From positions 248,001-312,000 of the forward strand of contig VRMN01000013.1 in NCBI GenBank assembly GCA_008690995.1: DNA of 64,000 nucleotides, in the 5' to 3' direction. The notes under the pieces were generated by a model. It worked only from the letters and a program-made list of their open reading frames with translations, was not told the origin of the DNA and did not search any database. Positions 18,652 to 29,410 of the stretch are shown here, piece by piece. Origin of the DNA: Porphyridium purpureum. Lineage: Eukaryota. How positions within the stretch are numbered: the stretch's first letter is position 1; each line of letters starts with the position of its first letter. The position numbers were made by a program, and so were the translations under genes.

Positions 18652-20553
18652 TCAGACAGAAAGGCGCAGGATCACGTCGCGCGCGGCAGCGACGCATCGG
18701 CTCGGCACACGGCGCTCGAGCGCCGCGCCCAGCAGAAAGTCTCCCGCGTTCCAAAAATGGCCAAACAGCCACTCGACCACGCGCACCGGGCCCAGCATGG
18801 CGTGTGCAACGCGGTCCGGCATGGACGTCGTGTAGCACGACGCCACAACCTCGTCCACCACAATCCGGCCCGACGCGGTGTGCGGGTTGAACAGGCCTAC
18901 AGCAGACACTTGCTCCACCGCACGCACCCGCGCGATTGCAGCAGCATGCGGCTCGTCGTTCAACACCTCGAGCTGGTCCCCAATCTGCACGCTCGCCGCA
19001 GGTTCCATGCGGCCATTCACCAGCAGCTTGTGCGAGGCGGACAAGAGCAACGCGCCGCTGCGCTGCCGTCCCTCTTCCTGCCACACCAGCCGCGTAAAAT
19101 GGAAGCGTGCATGCTGGACGCGATGGCCAAAGAAGAGCACCTTTTCATACACTTGCGGCTGCGTAAGAACATGCTCACCCACACGCAGATCCTGCATACG
19201 TACGCGCCCGCGCTCCAGCGTTTGGACCGTGCTGGATGCTGGGAAACACACGCCTTCGTCTCCCGGATTCGGCCTGGGTACCACACCGCCGCTTTCTGAG
19301 TAGACCGTCACATTGTACCGTCCTTGCGTGATCACGTCGTCGCCTGAACCAACCACAAAGATCTCCGAGCGGTTGCTGAACTTCCACTGCGTCAGTCCGA
19401 CTTGGTTGTTACCCAAATTGCCCTCCCACAACACGCGGCCATCCTTGTAATCGCGCAGCTGGGACCTCTGAGCATTGACGCCGTTGTAACCCACGCCGAT
19501 CCATTCGTTGTTACTGTGCCACGCCATGGTGCCAAACACATTTTGCAGCGGGTCAAACCCTTCCATCCACGCGATGTCACCACTGGCTGCGTCGACGACC
19601 TGCACGAAGAGTACCGAAGAGGCCGCAACCAAATCACCACGCAGAAATGCCACCACAAATCGAGCGCCATTGTGAGAGAGCGCAAACATGGCTGGAGAGC
19701 AGACGATCGTGTTGCCGCCATTGCACCCGCTGAGCTCAAACGAGTTGGAAAGCTGCAAGGCCGAGCCGGACATGGTGAGTTCATGAATCGCGTCACTGAG
19801 CCGTGACATGACGTAGAGCTTGTCCGTCCCAGCGTACGACCAGGCGAGCTCGGAAAAGGCTGACGCGCTATTCGATGCGACGTTGATGCGATTGTCTGGA
19901 ATGTCCACAAAGCTGAGGAAGGAGAGCGTGATCACGCCCGTCGGCCCGTCAATTGCGTACTCAAACAATGCGACCTGAGTGTCGTTGAGCCGCGGAAAGT
20001 TGCTCGGATTGAAACCCGAAACTTGGTACGCGGTAACCGCGATGCGCGGCCGCGTTGGGTGCGATGCCACTGCGTCGAGCAAGCGATTCGCGTAACTCGC
20101 GGAGGCGGCACGGCGCGTGCCAATCGTAATCACCACCAATGGGTACATGGACTCGTCGCCGGTGCTCGGATTAGTATACTTGGTCTCTGTTACAGCAAGG
20201 ACCTGCGTGTCCGCGTCCATTCGGCGCGGCCCGGAAAAGCCGACGGCATCCGTACCCAAATCGAATGCGAGCACGCGATTACCGTCAGCGTTGAAGACGC
20301 GCACCACATTGGAGCTCTCGAGAATCGATGTCTTGTCGTCCAGGTCAAGCCTCACGTCACTGATGGCTGTTCCTGCGTTGTCGTACAGCACATGCCGCGG
20401 GTCTGGCTTGAACGTGGACGCGTCCTGGCGCAGATTGGCGCTTCCCCAAGCCGCGCGAGCTGCGTCCGCGTCCACCGCCGCACCCGCGGAGAGTGCGCCG
20501 AGCCACGATGCCATCGCACCGAGCAGCACGACCGTGATCATCCGCGTCCGCAT
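18652..20553 (-). CDS. Secreted protein with beta-rich (propeller-like) N-region and C-terminal Hedgehog-type Hint autoprocessing domain
   Basis: Signal peptide MRTRMITVVLLGAMASWLGALSAGAA. Hint: GV|CFPASSTV (Cys codon 19248-19246), MQDLRVGEHV, LLLSASHKLL, GLFNPHTASGRIVVDEVVASCYT, followed by an SRR-like tail (AHAMLGPVR). Confidence 0.88.
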   Translation of the reverse strand: MRTRMITVVLLGAMASWLGALSAGAAVDADAARAAWGSANLRQDASTFKPDPRHVLYDNAGTAISDVRLDLDDKTSILESSNVVRVFNADGNRVLAFDLGTDAVGFSGPRRMDADTQVLAVTETKYTNPSTGDESMYPLVVITIGTRRAASASYANRLLDAVASHPTRPRIAVTAYQVSGFNPSNFPRLNDTQVALFEYAIDGPTGVITLSFLSFVDIPDNRINVASNSASAFSELAWSYAGTDKLYVMSRLSDAIHELTMSGSALQLSNSFELSGCNGGNTIVCSPAMFALSHNGARFVVAFLRGDLVAASSVLFVQVVDAASGDIAWMEGFDPLQNVFGTMAWHSNNEWIGVGYNGVNAQRSQLRDYKDGRVLWEGNLGNNQVGLTQWKFSNRSEIFVVGSGDDVITQGRYNVTVYSESGGVVPRPNPGDEGVCFPASSTVQTLERGRVRMQDLRVGEHVLTQPQVYEKVLFFGHRVQHARFHFTRLVWQEEGRQRSGALLLSASHKLLVNGRMEPAASVQIGDQLEVLNDEPHAAAIARVRAVEQVSAVGLFNPHTASGRIVVDEVVASCYTTSMPDRVAHAMLGPVRVVEWLFGHFWNAGDFLLGAALERRVPSRCVAAARDVILRLSV

Positions 20554-21259
20554 TGTGTGCCTTTGACAGAATAGAACGAATCAAACGAACGATATCGAAC
20601 CGGCGACGACACGGGCGAACGTGTCGCTCTTGCGCGCGCGCCAAGTGCGGTACTAGCAACTTGCGTCCGCGGGCTTGTTCAAGCTCGAGCCTCTACTCAC
20701 GGCCACGTCTGCATCGACCGAAGTGCAAAATCTATGCCCCACCGACGGCGCGTGTCTCCGAAACCCGCTTCCGCGCCCTTCCGCGAGGCCGACCGATTCT
20801 CCGCGTGCTGCCGCGCACCGACCCGACTGCTCGGCGCGGCGCGGTTGGTCCTGTTCCCGAGCCAGCGCGTGGGCGTGCGGACTTTTAATAGGAGAACGAC
20901 GCCGTGCATACAGGTCAATCCACCGACGCCATGTCGATCCAAGTCAGCCGGTCAATCCACCACCCCCACCACCAACCTGTATTCTGACTTTTTATTGAAT
21001 GTATCCGATCAGCAGGGACGCACGTCGCACCATCGCCAGCCAACACGCCGCGCGGCATAAAGGGAGGGCGAAACGCACGTGCAGACAGTGCGCGAACCAC
21101 GTGCGAGCCTCACCGCCACGCCACGACCTGTACACTCAGCGCCGGCAACTGGACACCGCGAAGGGAAATAAAATGAGCGAGAGAAAAGGCACGTCGCGTT
21201 ACTTCGTGCACACGCAAACGCACACACACACGCACGCAACAATTCCAACCACAACGCAC

Positions 21260-21411
21260 GGGATACGGTGGGGTACGGTGGGGGTACGGTGGGGGTACGG
21301 TGTGGTACGGTGGGGGTACGGTGGGGTACGGTGGGGTACGGGGTACGGTGGGGTACGGTGGGTACGGTGTACGGTGGTGGGGTACGGTGGGGGTACGGTG
21401 GGGGTACGGTG
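21260..21411 (+). repeat. G-rich minisatellite (GGGG[G]TACGGT)n, about 15 imperfect units
   Basis: Read directly; G-runs of variable length, mostly 3-5. Confidence 0.95.
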
Positions 21412-22145
21412 AGAGCGTGATGTTTGTGTGTGCTTGCACTCATGCAATGGTTGGTGCAACGCGAGAGCCGGAAGACGCGAGGTACGGCAGACGTGTTTGG
21501 GGAATTCGAGCCGGATTGTGGGAGTGGGCCGGGCCGGGAAGCTGCGTGGCCGAAATGGCGCAACACACTGCGTTCGCACGCCAAGTTCACGGAATCGTGG
21601 CGCCGCAGCACGCAGAGGCTCATCAATCTAGAACTATTCATTGCTCAGCTTAGTTAATGGTATTGGCACAGACGGTCCAGCCAGTTTTGATGCATGGTAC
21701 GACCACCACACCCAGAGTCCTCGCTTTGATACCACGGGCTACTTCACACGCTATCACTGCACACCACAGCCACATTTTTTGGAGTTCAACAACAGCCTAC
21801 GACCCACTTCCAAAGCGACCCCCCCCCGAAGAAAAAGTCAAGCTCCTTCCGTCGCCGGTATACACAGAGCACGTGGCGATGGCGGCCGCGCGTCCCACGC
21901 CCTTGCGTCCGACTCTGACGAGATACACACAGATACAGACAGACCCCGACCCACATGCTGGTGCGGCGCAGCCCCTCTCACCTCAGAGTCAGCCAAACGC
22001 CCACATGCGAAGAGCTTTCTTCCCGACGCTCAAGTGCTCTTCGCACGTGCACCGAGTACAAAACATCCTTGCACAGACCGAGCCGTGCTTTGCCTCCACA
22101 TTAAGCATGTTCTAGGATGCCGGCCCCAGCTTGCACAACCCGTGA

Positions 22146-23252
22146 CTAGCACCCGGGAAAGCGGTACGCCCCGCTGTATAGCTGGAGCAGAAACTCGCGC
22201 CGCTTCGCCATCTCCTCGTACAGCAGTGTGTCGAGGCACATGTGGTCGCGTACGGCCTGCCGGACTTCGGGTCCGGTGAGCTGCGCCTTGGAGAAAATCA
22301 TCTTGTACAGGTGACTGCGCTCCCGAAGATTGCCCTCGGGGTGAATAAATGGACACAGCTCGAAAATCTGATTGAACGACACAAAGTCCTGACTCAGCTT
22401 GTCGGCGTCGAAGATCCAATCGTACCGCTTGACAAACGTTTCGATCTCGGCGCGCTTGGCGGCTTTCAGCTCCGGCGACTCCATCAGACTCGAGCAGTTG
22501 AACCCATACGCCGAGGAATCACCAAAATGGTAAACATAATTATTGTTACTACCAGGCGCATGCGAAATAAAATGGATCAGGTTGTCCATGGTCATTTTCG
22601 AAGGCACGTCAAGTACATGCTTCTTTACCTCAAAAAAGTATGACACGACCTGAGTCATCGGTGGGCGGTTGCTGGATATGAGGAACACGCGCTTGTTGCC
22701 TCGTATCGCGAGGTACTTCTCGCGCATCTGCTCGCTGAACTCGAGATGCCAGCCCCAGAACTTTGTGCTTTTCGCCATGATTTCAGGCGACTGTCGCCCA
22801 CTCACATCTTGTACCGCCGTGCCACGCCTCGAGCGTGCCCGCCCAATGACGTCTTTGTCCAGAAACTCACCGACAATAAAGCCCAGTCGGGCGTAGTACT
22901 CCCGAAGTTTGCCATACACGGTTGTCGAGCCGCACTTTCTTGGTTTGTTGTAGACGACTGCGGTCGTGTTGTCCAAGACTGGGCTCAGCCTGGCCGTAGA
23001 AAATGCGTGACGGCAGCCCATGCGGCTCAACTCGCCACTGCGGTAGCACGCGGCCTCCTGACACGAATCCGCCGGAGCCCTATGCAACCGCGTGTCAAAT
23101 TTTGCCGTGCTTACCCGCCAGTCTGTGTCATTCCACCCCTTCCCGCACACCTCACTGCCATACAAACGGCGCGGCTCAGCCGCGCACGCGCCGCCGATCA
23201 CACACGCCGAGATCACGGCGACCACAACGCATACCCTCGTCACTCGCGCCAT
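22146..23252 (-). CDS. Secretory-pathway carbohydrate sulfotransferase-like protein, copy 1
   Basis: N-terminal signal/anchor; 5'-PSB-like VVYNKPRKCGSTT; 3'-PB-like ISSNRPPMTQVVSYF; C-terminal LDTLLY (HS2ST/Gal3ST-like pattern). Confidence 0.8.
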   Translation of the reverse strand: MARVTRVCVVVAVISACVIGGACAAEPRRLYGSEVCGKGWNDTDWRVSTAKFDTRLHRAPADSCQEAACYRSGELSRMGCRHAFSTARLSPVLDNTTAVVYNKPRKCGSTTVYGKLREYYARLGFIVGEFLDKDVIGRARSRRGTAVQDVSGRQSPEIMAKSTKFWGWHLEFSEQMREKYLAIRGNKRVFLISSNRPPMTQVVSYFFEVKKHVLDVPSKMTMDNLIHFISHAPGSNNNYVYHFGDSSAYGFNCSSLMESPELKAAKRAEIETFVKRYDWIFDADKLSQDFVSFNQIFELCPFIHPEGNLRERSHLYKMIFSKAQLTGPEVRQAVRDHMCLDTLLYEEMAKRREFLLQLYSGAYRFPGC

Positions 23253-24987
23253 GCTGCAGATCCACCAAACAGATGCGCCGCAGTGTCAGGTCCGTCGCCG
23301 TGCCGCCAATATCACGCGCCTGCGCACCCGTCGGCCCGAGGCTGCGCGTACCTCCACCACCACCATCTTCACCACGAAGCGACAACCAGAGACTCACGCG
23401 CGCACTTGGCGCCCGCGCATCTCGTCAGCTCTCGCGCCGTTACACTATCAACACCGCTCGTGCTTGTCCTCCGTCACAACGCCTGCAGCCTTCTGTCCAG
23501 TCGTTTGTCTGAGGATTTTCGCTTCCAGCCCACAACATGTGCATACACACGCCACTTCTGGTGCGTTGTTGGCGGAGAACGTAGAAATCACCCGATCGGT
23601 GTAGCTTTAAACACTCGACCTTTTTTTTCCTTTATTTTCTCAAACACTTCGTGCATGGAAGTCAATAAGGTTGTTTGGTCTTGTCCGCGCACTGAACACA
23701 GCTACTGAACCCCCACGACACTGTACCGTGCGGTACAGTGTACATTGTCGGGTGGGTGTACAGCGTCAGCACGTAGCGCCCATGCGACATCGGGGAATCC
23801 GGGGGGGTGGGGGAATGTGGCAAGGTGTGCAAGTGCGCGACCGTGACTTCGGGCGTCGTCCACGGTCACTGTGGACGAATTCGGGACCAAAGGCGGTGGT
23901 AAGGCAGCATCCGGGACCGCGGCGGCTGTGGTGGTCTTTGACCTGAGGGCGTGGTATAACGTGTGGAGTAGCGCGGACGCTGCGATCGAATCAGGACCTA
24001 GCTTAGACGTAGAGTCCTTCTTCAGTGGTGGCGTGTACAATGGTGCTGTTGTGAACTATCGAGTCTCTCATTGATTGGACCTCTTTGGTCAGTAGGACGT
24101 GCACAGGGGTGCTCGTGATTTCATACGTCCTTCAAAGATTAAAAAGGGAAATAAGTAAAAGAGGGGAAAACAATCGCACGACACGTTGCTTCGTGCTCAC
24201 GCACACGCACCAGCAACAATTCCACCAGAAACGTACAGAGTAGAGTGGGAGTACGGTGCGAGAGCTGTGTCTTGGGGTGCTTGTGCTCATCAAGTGCTCC
24301 GTGTAGCGCGAGAGCCGGAAGACGGAACGGCGGACGTGTTTGGGGAATTCGAGCCGGATTGTGGGAGTGGACCGGGTCGCGAAGCTGCGTGACCGAAATG
24401 GCGCAACAAACTGCATTCGCACGCCAAGTTCACGGAATCGTGGCGCCGCACCACGCAGAGGCTCATCAATCCAGAATCAGTCAAATGCTAAAGCGTGTTA
24501 AATGTCCTGGCACAGACGGTCCAGCCAGTTTTGATGCATGGTATGACCACCACACCCAGAGTCCTCGCTTTGATACCACGGGCTACTTCACACGCTATCA
24601 CTGCACACCACAGCCACATTTTTTGGAGTTCAACAACAGCCTACGACCCACTTCCAAAGTGACCCCCCCGAAGAAAAAGTCAAGCTCCTTCCGTCGCCGG
24701 TATCCACAGAGCATGTGGCGATGGCGGCCGCGCGTCCCACGCCCTTGCGTCCGACTCTGACGAGATACACACAGATACAGACAGACCCCGACCCACATGC
24801 TGGTGCGGCGCAGCCCGTCTCACCTCAGAGTCAGCCAAACGCCCACATGCGAAGAGCTTTCTTCCCGGCGCTCAAGTGCTCTTCGCACGTGCACCGAGTA
24901 CAAAACATCCTTGCACAGACCGAGCCGTGCTTTGCCTCCACATCAAGCATGTTCTAGGATGCCGGTCCCAGCTTGCATAACCCGTGA

Positions 24988-26094
24988 CTAGCACCCGGGA
25001 AAGCGGTACGCCCCGCTGTACAGCTGGAGCAGAAACTCGCGCCGCTTCGCCATTTCCTCGTACAGCAGTGTGTCGAGGCACATGTGGTCGCGTACGGCCT
25101 GCCGGACTTCGGGTCCGGTGAGCTGCGCCTTGGAGAAAATCATCTTGTACAGGTGACTGCGCTTCCGAAGATTGCCCTCAGGTTGAATAAATGGACACAG
25201 CTCGAAAATCTGATTGAACGACACAAAGTCCTGACTCACCTTGTCGGCGTCGAAGATCCAATCGTACCGCTTGACAAACTTTTCGATCTCGGCGCGCTTG
25301 GCTGCCTTCAGCTCTCGCGACTCCATCAGACGTGAGCAATTGAATCCGAACGCCGAGGAATCACCGAAATGGTAGGCATAGTTATTATTTCTACCAGGCG
25401 CATGCGAAATAAAATGGATCAGGTTGTCCATGGTCACTTCCGAAGGCACGTCAAGTACATGCTTCTTTACCTCAAAAAAATATGACACGACCTGAGTCAT
25501 CGATGGGCGGTTGCTGGATATGAGGAACACACGCTTGTTGCCTCGTATCGCGAGATATTCCTCGCGCATCTGCTCACTGAGCTCGAGGTGCCAGCCCCAG
25601 AACTTTGTGATTTTCGCCATGATTTCAGGCGACTGTCGCCCGCTCACATCTTGTGCCGCCGTGCCACGCCAAGAGCGTGCCCGCCCAACGACGTCTTTGT
25701 CCAGAAACTCTCCGATAATAAAGCCCAATCGGGCGTAGTACTCTCGAAGCTTGCCCTGGACGGTCGTCGAGCCGCACTTTCTTGGTTTGTTGTAGACGAC
25801 TGCGGTTGTATTATCCAAGACTGGGCTCAGCCTGGCCGTGGAAAACGCGTGGCGGCAGCCCACGCGGCTCAACTCGCCGCTGCGGTAGCACGCGGCCTCC
25901 TGACACGAATCCGCCGGAGCCCTATGCAACCGTGTGTCAAATTTTGCCGTGTTTACCCGCCAGTCTGTGTCATTCCACCCCTTCCCGCACACCTCACTGC
26001 CATACAAGCGGCGCGGCTCAGCCGCGCACGCGCCGCCGATCACACACGCCGAGATCACGGCGACCACAACGCGTGCGCACGTCACTCGCGCCAT
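24988..26094 (-). CDS. Carbohydrate sulfotransferase-like protein, copy 2
   Basis: Same motifs (YNKPRKCGSTT, SNRPSMTQVVSYF); intact 368-aa ORF. Confidence 0.8.
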   Translation of the reverse strand: MARVTCARVVVAVISACVIGGACAAEPRRLYGSEVCGKGWNDTDWRVNTAKFDTRLHRAPADSCQEAACYRSGELSRVGCRHAFSTARLSPVLDNTTAVVYNKPRKCGSTTVQGKLREYYARLGFIIGEFLDKDVVGRARSWRGTAAQDVSGRQSPEIMAKITKFWGWHLELSEQMREEYLAIRGNKRVFLISSNRPSMTQVVSYFFEVKKHVLDVPSEVTMDNLIHFISHAPGRNNNYAYHFGDSSAFGFNCSRLMESRELKAAKRAEIEKFVKRYDWIFDADKVSQDFVSFNQIFELCPFIQPEGNLRKRSHLYKMIFSKAQLTGPEVRQAVRDHMCLDTLLYEEMAKRREFLLQLYSGAYRFPGC

Positions 26095-28019
26095 GCCGCG
26101 GCCTCATGAAAGCGCTGTGCGGCAGCGTCAAGTCCGTAGCCGGGACGCCAATACCGCCCAACTGCGCTGCTCTCGGCCCGAGACCCCGCTAACCTCCATC
26201 ACCACCACGATGCGACGCCACCGCCACCACTAGACAAGCGCGCGCTCACGTGCCGCTCGCGCATCTAGTCAGCACACACGCCAGTGCATATCCGTGACCA
26301 TTTTTCGGCCCTTGGGCGTGACGCTCATAAAGTGAAGCACCGCGCTGCGTTAGTTTAAAGAGGTTCACCCCCAGCTCGCAGGCCATTCATACACCCGTTT
26401 CATCCGTTGCGGGTTTGGCGGAGCCCCAAAGGCAGAAAAGAGATCAGGACAGAGGTGTTATCCGCTCAACCCCACTCGCACAGAACGGTTCGGTTACTTC
26501 AAAACCGTTAGACCGCTAGGCCGTTAGACTGTTTTGCCGTTTCTACATGCTGCTCGAGGTTGTGCAGACCTCGAGGCGTGCAGGAAGGACGATGATTTGC
26601 AGCGTCAGTCCTGTTCGCGCGGCTTGATGTGCCTGGCGGGAAGTAATGACAAAAGAAGGCGGAAGGGCCTGCCCAGAATATTCGGCTACGGTTTGTTCGG
26701 AGGCAGAGGAAGTCAAGAGAGAGAGAAAAGGCACAGCGTTGATGGCGCAGTAAAGCTGGCTACCAGAGATGCACTCGGTCCCTCGGGTATATGATCGTCC
26801 AACGAGGAGATTGCACGAAAGATCCTGGGCGATTCCTCTAGTGATATCCCAAATTCTTAAACTCCTTTAGCGCTAAATCCAATTCAACTTTTCCTCTCTC
26901 TTCTCTCCAAGCATGCAACGGAAGCTTTTGCCTTTTATATATCATGCAGGTACGAGCACACTTGTGCCCAAAATGGATGCGCAATCGGGCCCCGCTACGG
27001 TCGCGCAAGGGGAAACTGTCCGGTTGCGTGGACAGACAACACACACACACACACATGCACATGCACACAAGACAGAATACGTCTGCAAAGTCCCAGTCCA
27101 GCTACTCTGTAGACATCCTAGCATGACCCAACAGCTAGAAACTCGTGGTGTCAGCGCGGTATAGTTCCACAGCTCGGCATGGCGAGTCTGGGAGGATGAA
27201 GGGCAGACGTCTTTGGAGAATTCGTGCCGGATTTCGGGATTGGGCCGGACCGTGACGCTGCGTGACCGAAATGGCGCAACACACCTCGTTCGCACGTCAA
27301 GCTCACGGAATAGTGGCGCCACCGGTGCGCCACCGGTGCGCCACCGGTTCGTCACGGAGCGCCGCAGCACGCAGAGGCTCATCAATCCAGAAGTATTCAT
27401 TGCTCAGGTTAGTTAATGGTATTGGCACAGACGGTCCTACAAGTATTGATGCATGGTACGACCACCACACACAGAGTACTCACTGTGGCACCACGAGCTA
27501 CTTCAAACACTAGCACTACGCACTACAGCCACATTTCCTCGACGTTCAACAGCAACCCAATACACATGCGCAAAGTCAAGCTCCTAAAAAAATATCAAGC
27601 TCCTTCCGTTGTCGGTATACACAGAGCATGTGGCGATGGCGGCCGCGCGTCCCACGCCCTTGCGTCCGACTCCGACGAGATACACAAAGATTCAGAGCCA
27701 CGTGCTGGTACGGCGCAGCCCGTCGCGCGCACTCGGACGGCCACGCACGCCGATCGGCCGCGATTCGGTGGTTCCGCGAGGGATTCCTGCGTCGCTGTTC
27801 CCTGGAGCTGCGCGGCGTCTATGTTCCCCTTGGCCTTGGCGTCAGCCCGTCTCACCTCAGAGTCAGCCAAGCGCGCCCACGCGAAGAGCTTTCTTCCCGA
27901 CGCTCAAGTGCTCTTCATACGTGCACCGAGTACAAAACATCCTTGCACAGACCGAGCCGTGCTTTGCCTCCACATCAAGCATGTTCTAGGATGCCGGTCC
28001 CAGCTTGCATGACCCGTGA

Positions 28020-29132
28020 CTAGCACCCGGGAAAGCGGTACGCCCCGCTGTACAGCTGGAGCAGAAACTCGCGCCGCTTCGCCATCTCCTCGTACAGCAG
28101 TGTATCGAGACACATGTGGTCGTCTACGGCCTGCCGAACTTCAGGTCCGGTGAGCTGCTCCTTGGATAAAACCGCGTTGTAAAGGTGACTGCGCTTCCGA
28201 AGATTGCCTTCGGGGTGAATAAATGGACACAGCTCGAAAATCTGATTGAACGACACAAAGTCCTGACTCACCTGGTCGGCGTCGAAGATCCAATCGTACC
28301 GCTTGACAAACTTTTCGATCTCGGCGCGCTTGGCTGCCGTCAGCTCCGGCGACTCCGTTAGACGTGAGCAGTTGAATCCATACACCGAGGAATCACCGAC
28401 ATGATAAGCGTAGTTATTGTTTTTACCTGGCGCATTCGAAATGTAGTGGATCAATTTGTCCAAGGTCACTTCCGAAGGCACGTCAAGTACATGCTTTTTT
28501 ACCTCAAAAAAGCTTGACACGACCTGACCCATCGGTGGGCGGTTGCTGGACATGAGGAACACACGCTTGTTGCCTCGTATCGCGAGGTATTCCTCGCGCA
28601 TCTGCTCACTGAACTCGAGATGCCAGCCCCAGAACTTTGTGGTTTTCGCCATAAATTCAGGCGAATGTCGCCCACTCACATCTTGTACCACCGTGCCAGG
28701 CCTCGAGCGTGCCCGCCAAATGACGTCCTTATCAAGAAAATCTCCGTTGATAAAGCCCAGTCGGGCGTAGTACTCACGAAGCTTGCCTTGGACGGTCGTC
28801 GAGCCACACTTTCTTGGCTTGTTGTAGATGACTGTAGTTGTGTTATCCAAGATTGGGCTCAGCCAGCTGGAGGAAAACGCGTGGCCGCAGCCCACGCGGC
28901 TAAGCTGGCCGCTGCGGTGACACATCGTCTCCTGACACTTATCCGCAGGAGCCCTTCGCAACCGCGTGCTGAATTTCGCCGTCTTTTCTCGCCATTCTGT
29001 CTCGTTCCAGTCCTTCCCGCACACCTCACTACCGTAGAAACGGCGCGGCTCAGCCGCGCACGTGCTGCTGACCGCGCACGCCCAAATCACGGCGACCGCG
29101 ACCGCGACCGCTACCCACGTCACTCGCGCCAT
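28020..29132 (-). CDS. Carbohydrate sulfotransferase-like protein, copy 3 (most divergent)
   Basis: Same motifs; ATG at 29132 (MARVTW...) is homologous to the starts of copies 1 and 2. Confidence 0.8.
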   Translation of the reverse strand: MARVTWVAVAVAVAVIWACAVSSTCAAEPRRFYGSEVCGKDWNETEWREKTAKFSTRLRRAPADKCQETMCHRSGQLSRVGCGHAFSSSWLSPILDNTTTVIYNKPRKCGSTTVQGKLREYYARLGFINGDFLDKDVIWRARSRPGTVVQDVSGRHSPEFMAKTTKFWGWHLEFSEQMREEYLAIRGNKRVFLMSSNRPPMGQVVSSFFEVKKHVLDVPSEVTLDKLIHYISNAPGKNNNYAYHVGDSSVYGFNCSRLTESPELTAAKRAEIEKFVKRYDWIFDADQVSQDFVSFNQIFELCPFIHPEGNLRKRSHLYNAVLSKEQLTGPEVRQAVDDHMCLDTLLYEEMAKRREFLLQLYSGAYRFPGC

Positions 29133-29410
29133 TCCGCGCAACCAAGGACGTGCCGTACCGCACCGCCAGATCGCCGGACGCGACGCAGATACAACCTGGC
29201 TGCGCTCCTGTCGGCCGCAGACTCCGCTTACCACCGCCACCGCGACAGGACGCCGCCAAACTCACGCATCCACAGACCTCCATCGCCCGCGCAAATCTCG
29301 GGCACCAAGCAACCAAAACACGCGCCCACTGTACCTCCTGCGAATGGTTTCATGTCCTTCATTAATTTAACCTATTTTTTAATATTCTGTTCTGCGTTGT
29401 TTTTTAATCC

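Larger units (their letters stand above)
21160..29340. repeat. Tandem triplication, period about 2.8-3.0 kb (units ~21160-23600, ~24140-26430, ~27040-29340)
   Basis: CDS and 3' flanks align by eye; stop codons at 22146, 24988 and 28020; units 1 and 2 are closest. Confidence 0.9.

Noticed and set aside
18652..19248. Protein-splicing intein
   Set aside because: No terminal His-Asn followed by a C-extein; it ends ASCY plus an SRR-like tail, as in Hog-type Hint domains.
13172..21411. CRISPR interpretation of the two tandem arrays
   Set aside because: Units are 8-11 bp with no unique spacers, there are no cas genes, and the context is eukaryotic.
23871..24074. Short protein-like ORF between sulfotransferase units
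   Set aside because: Non-ATG start, only 67 aa and no recognisable motif.
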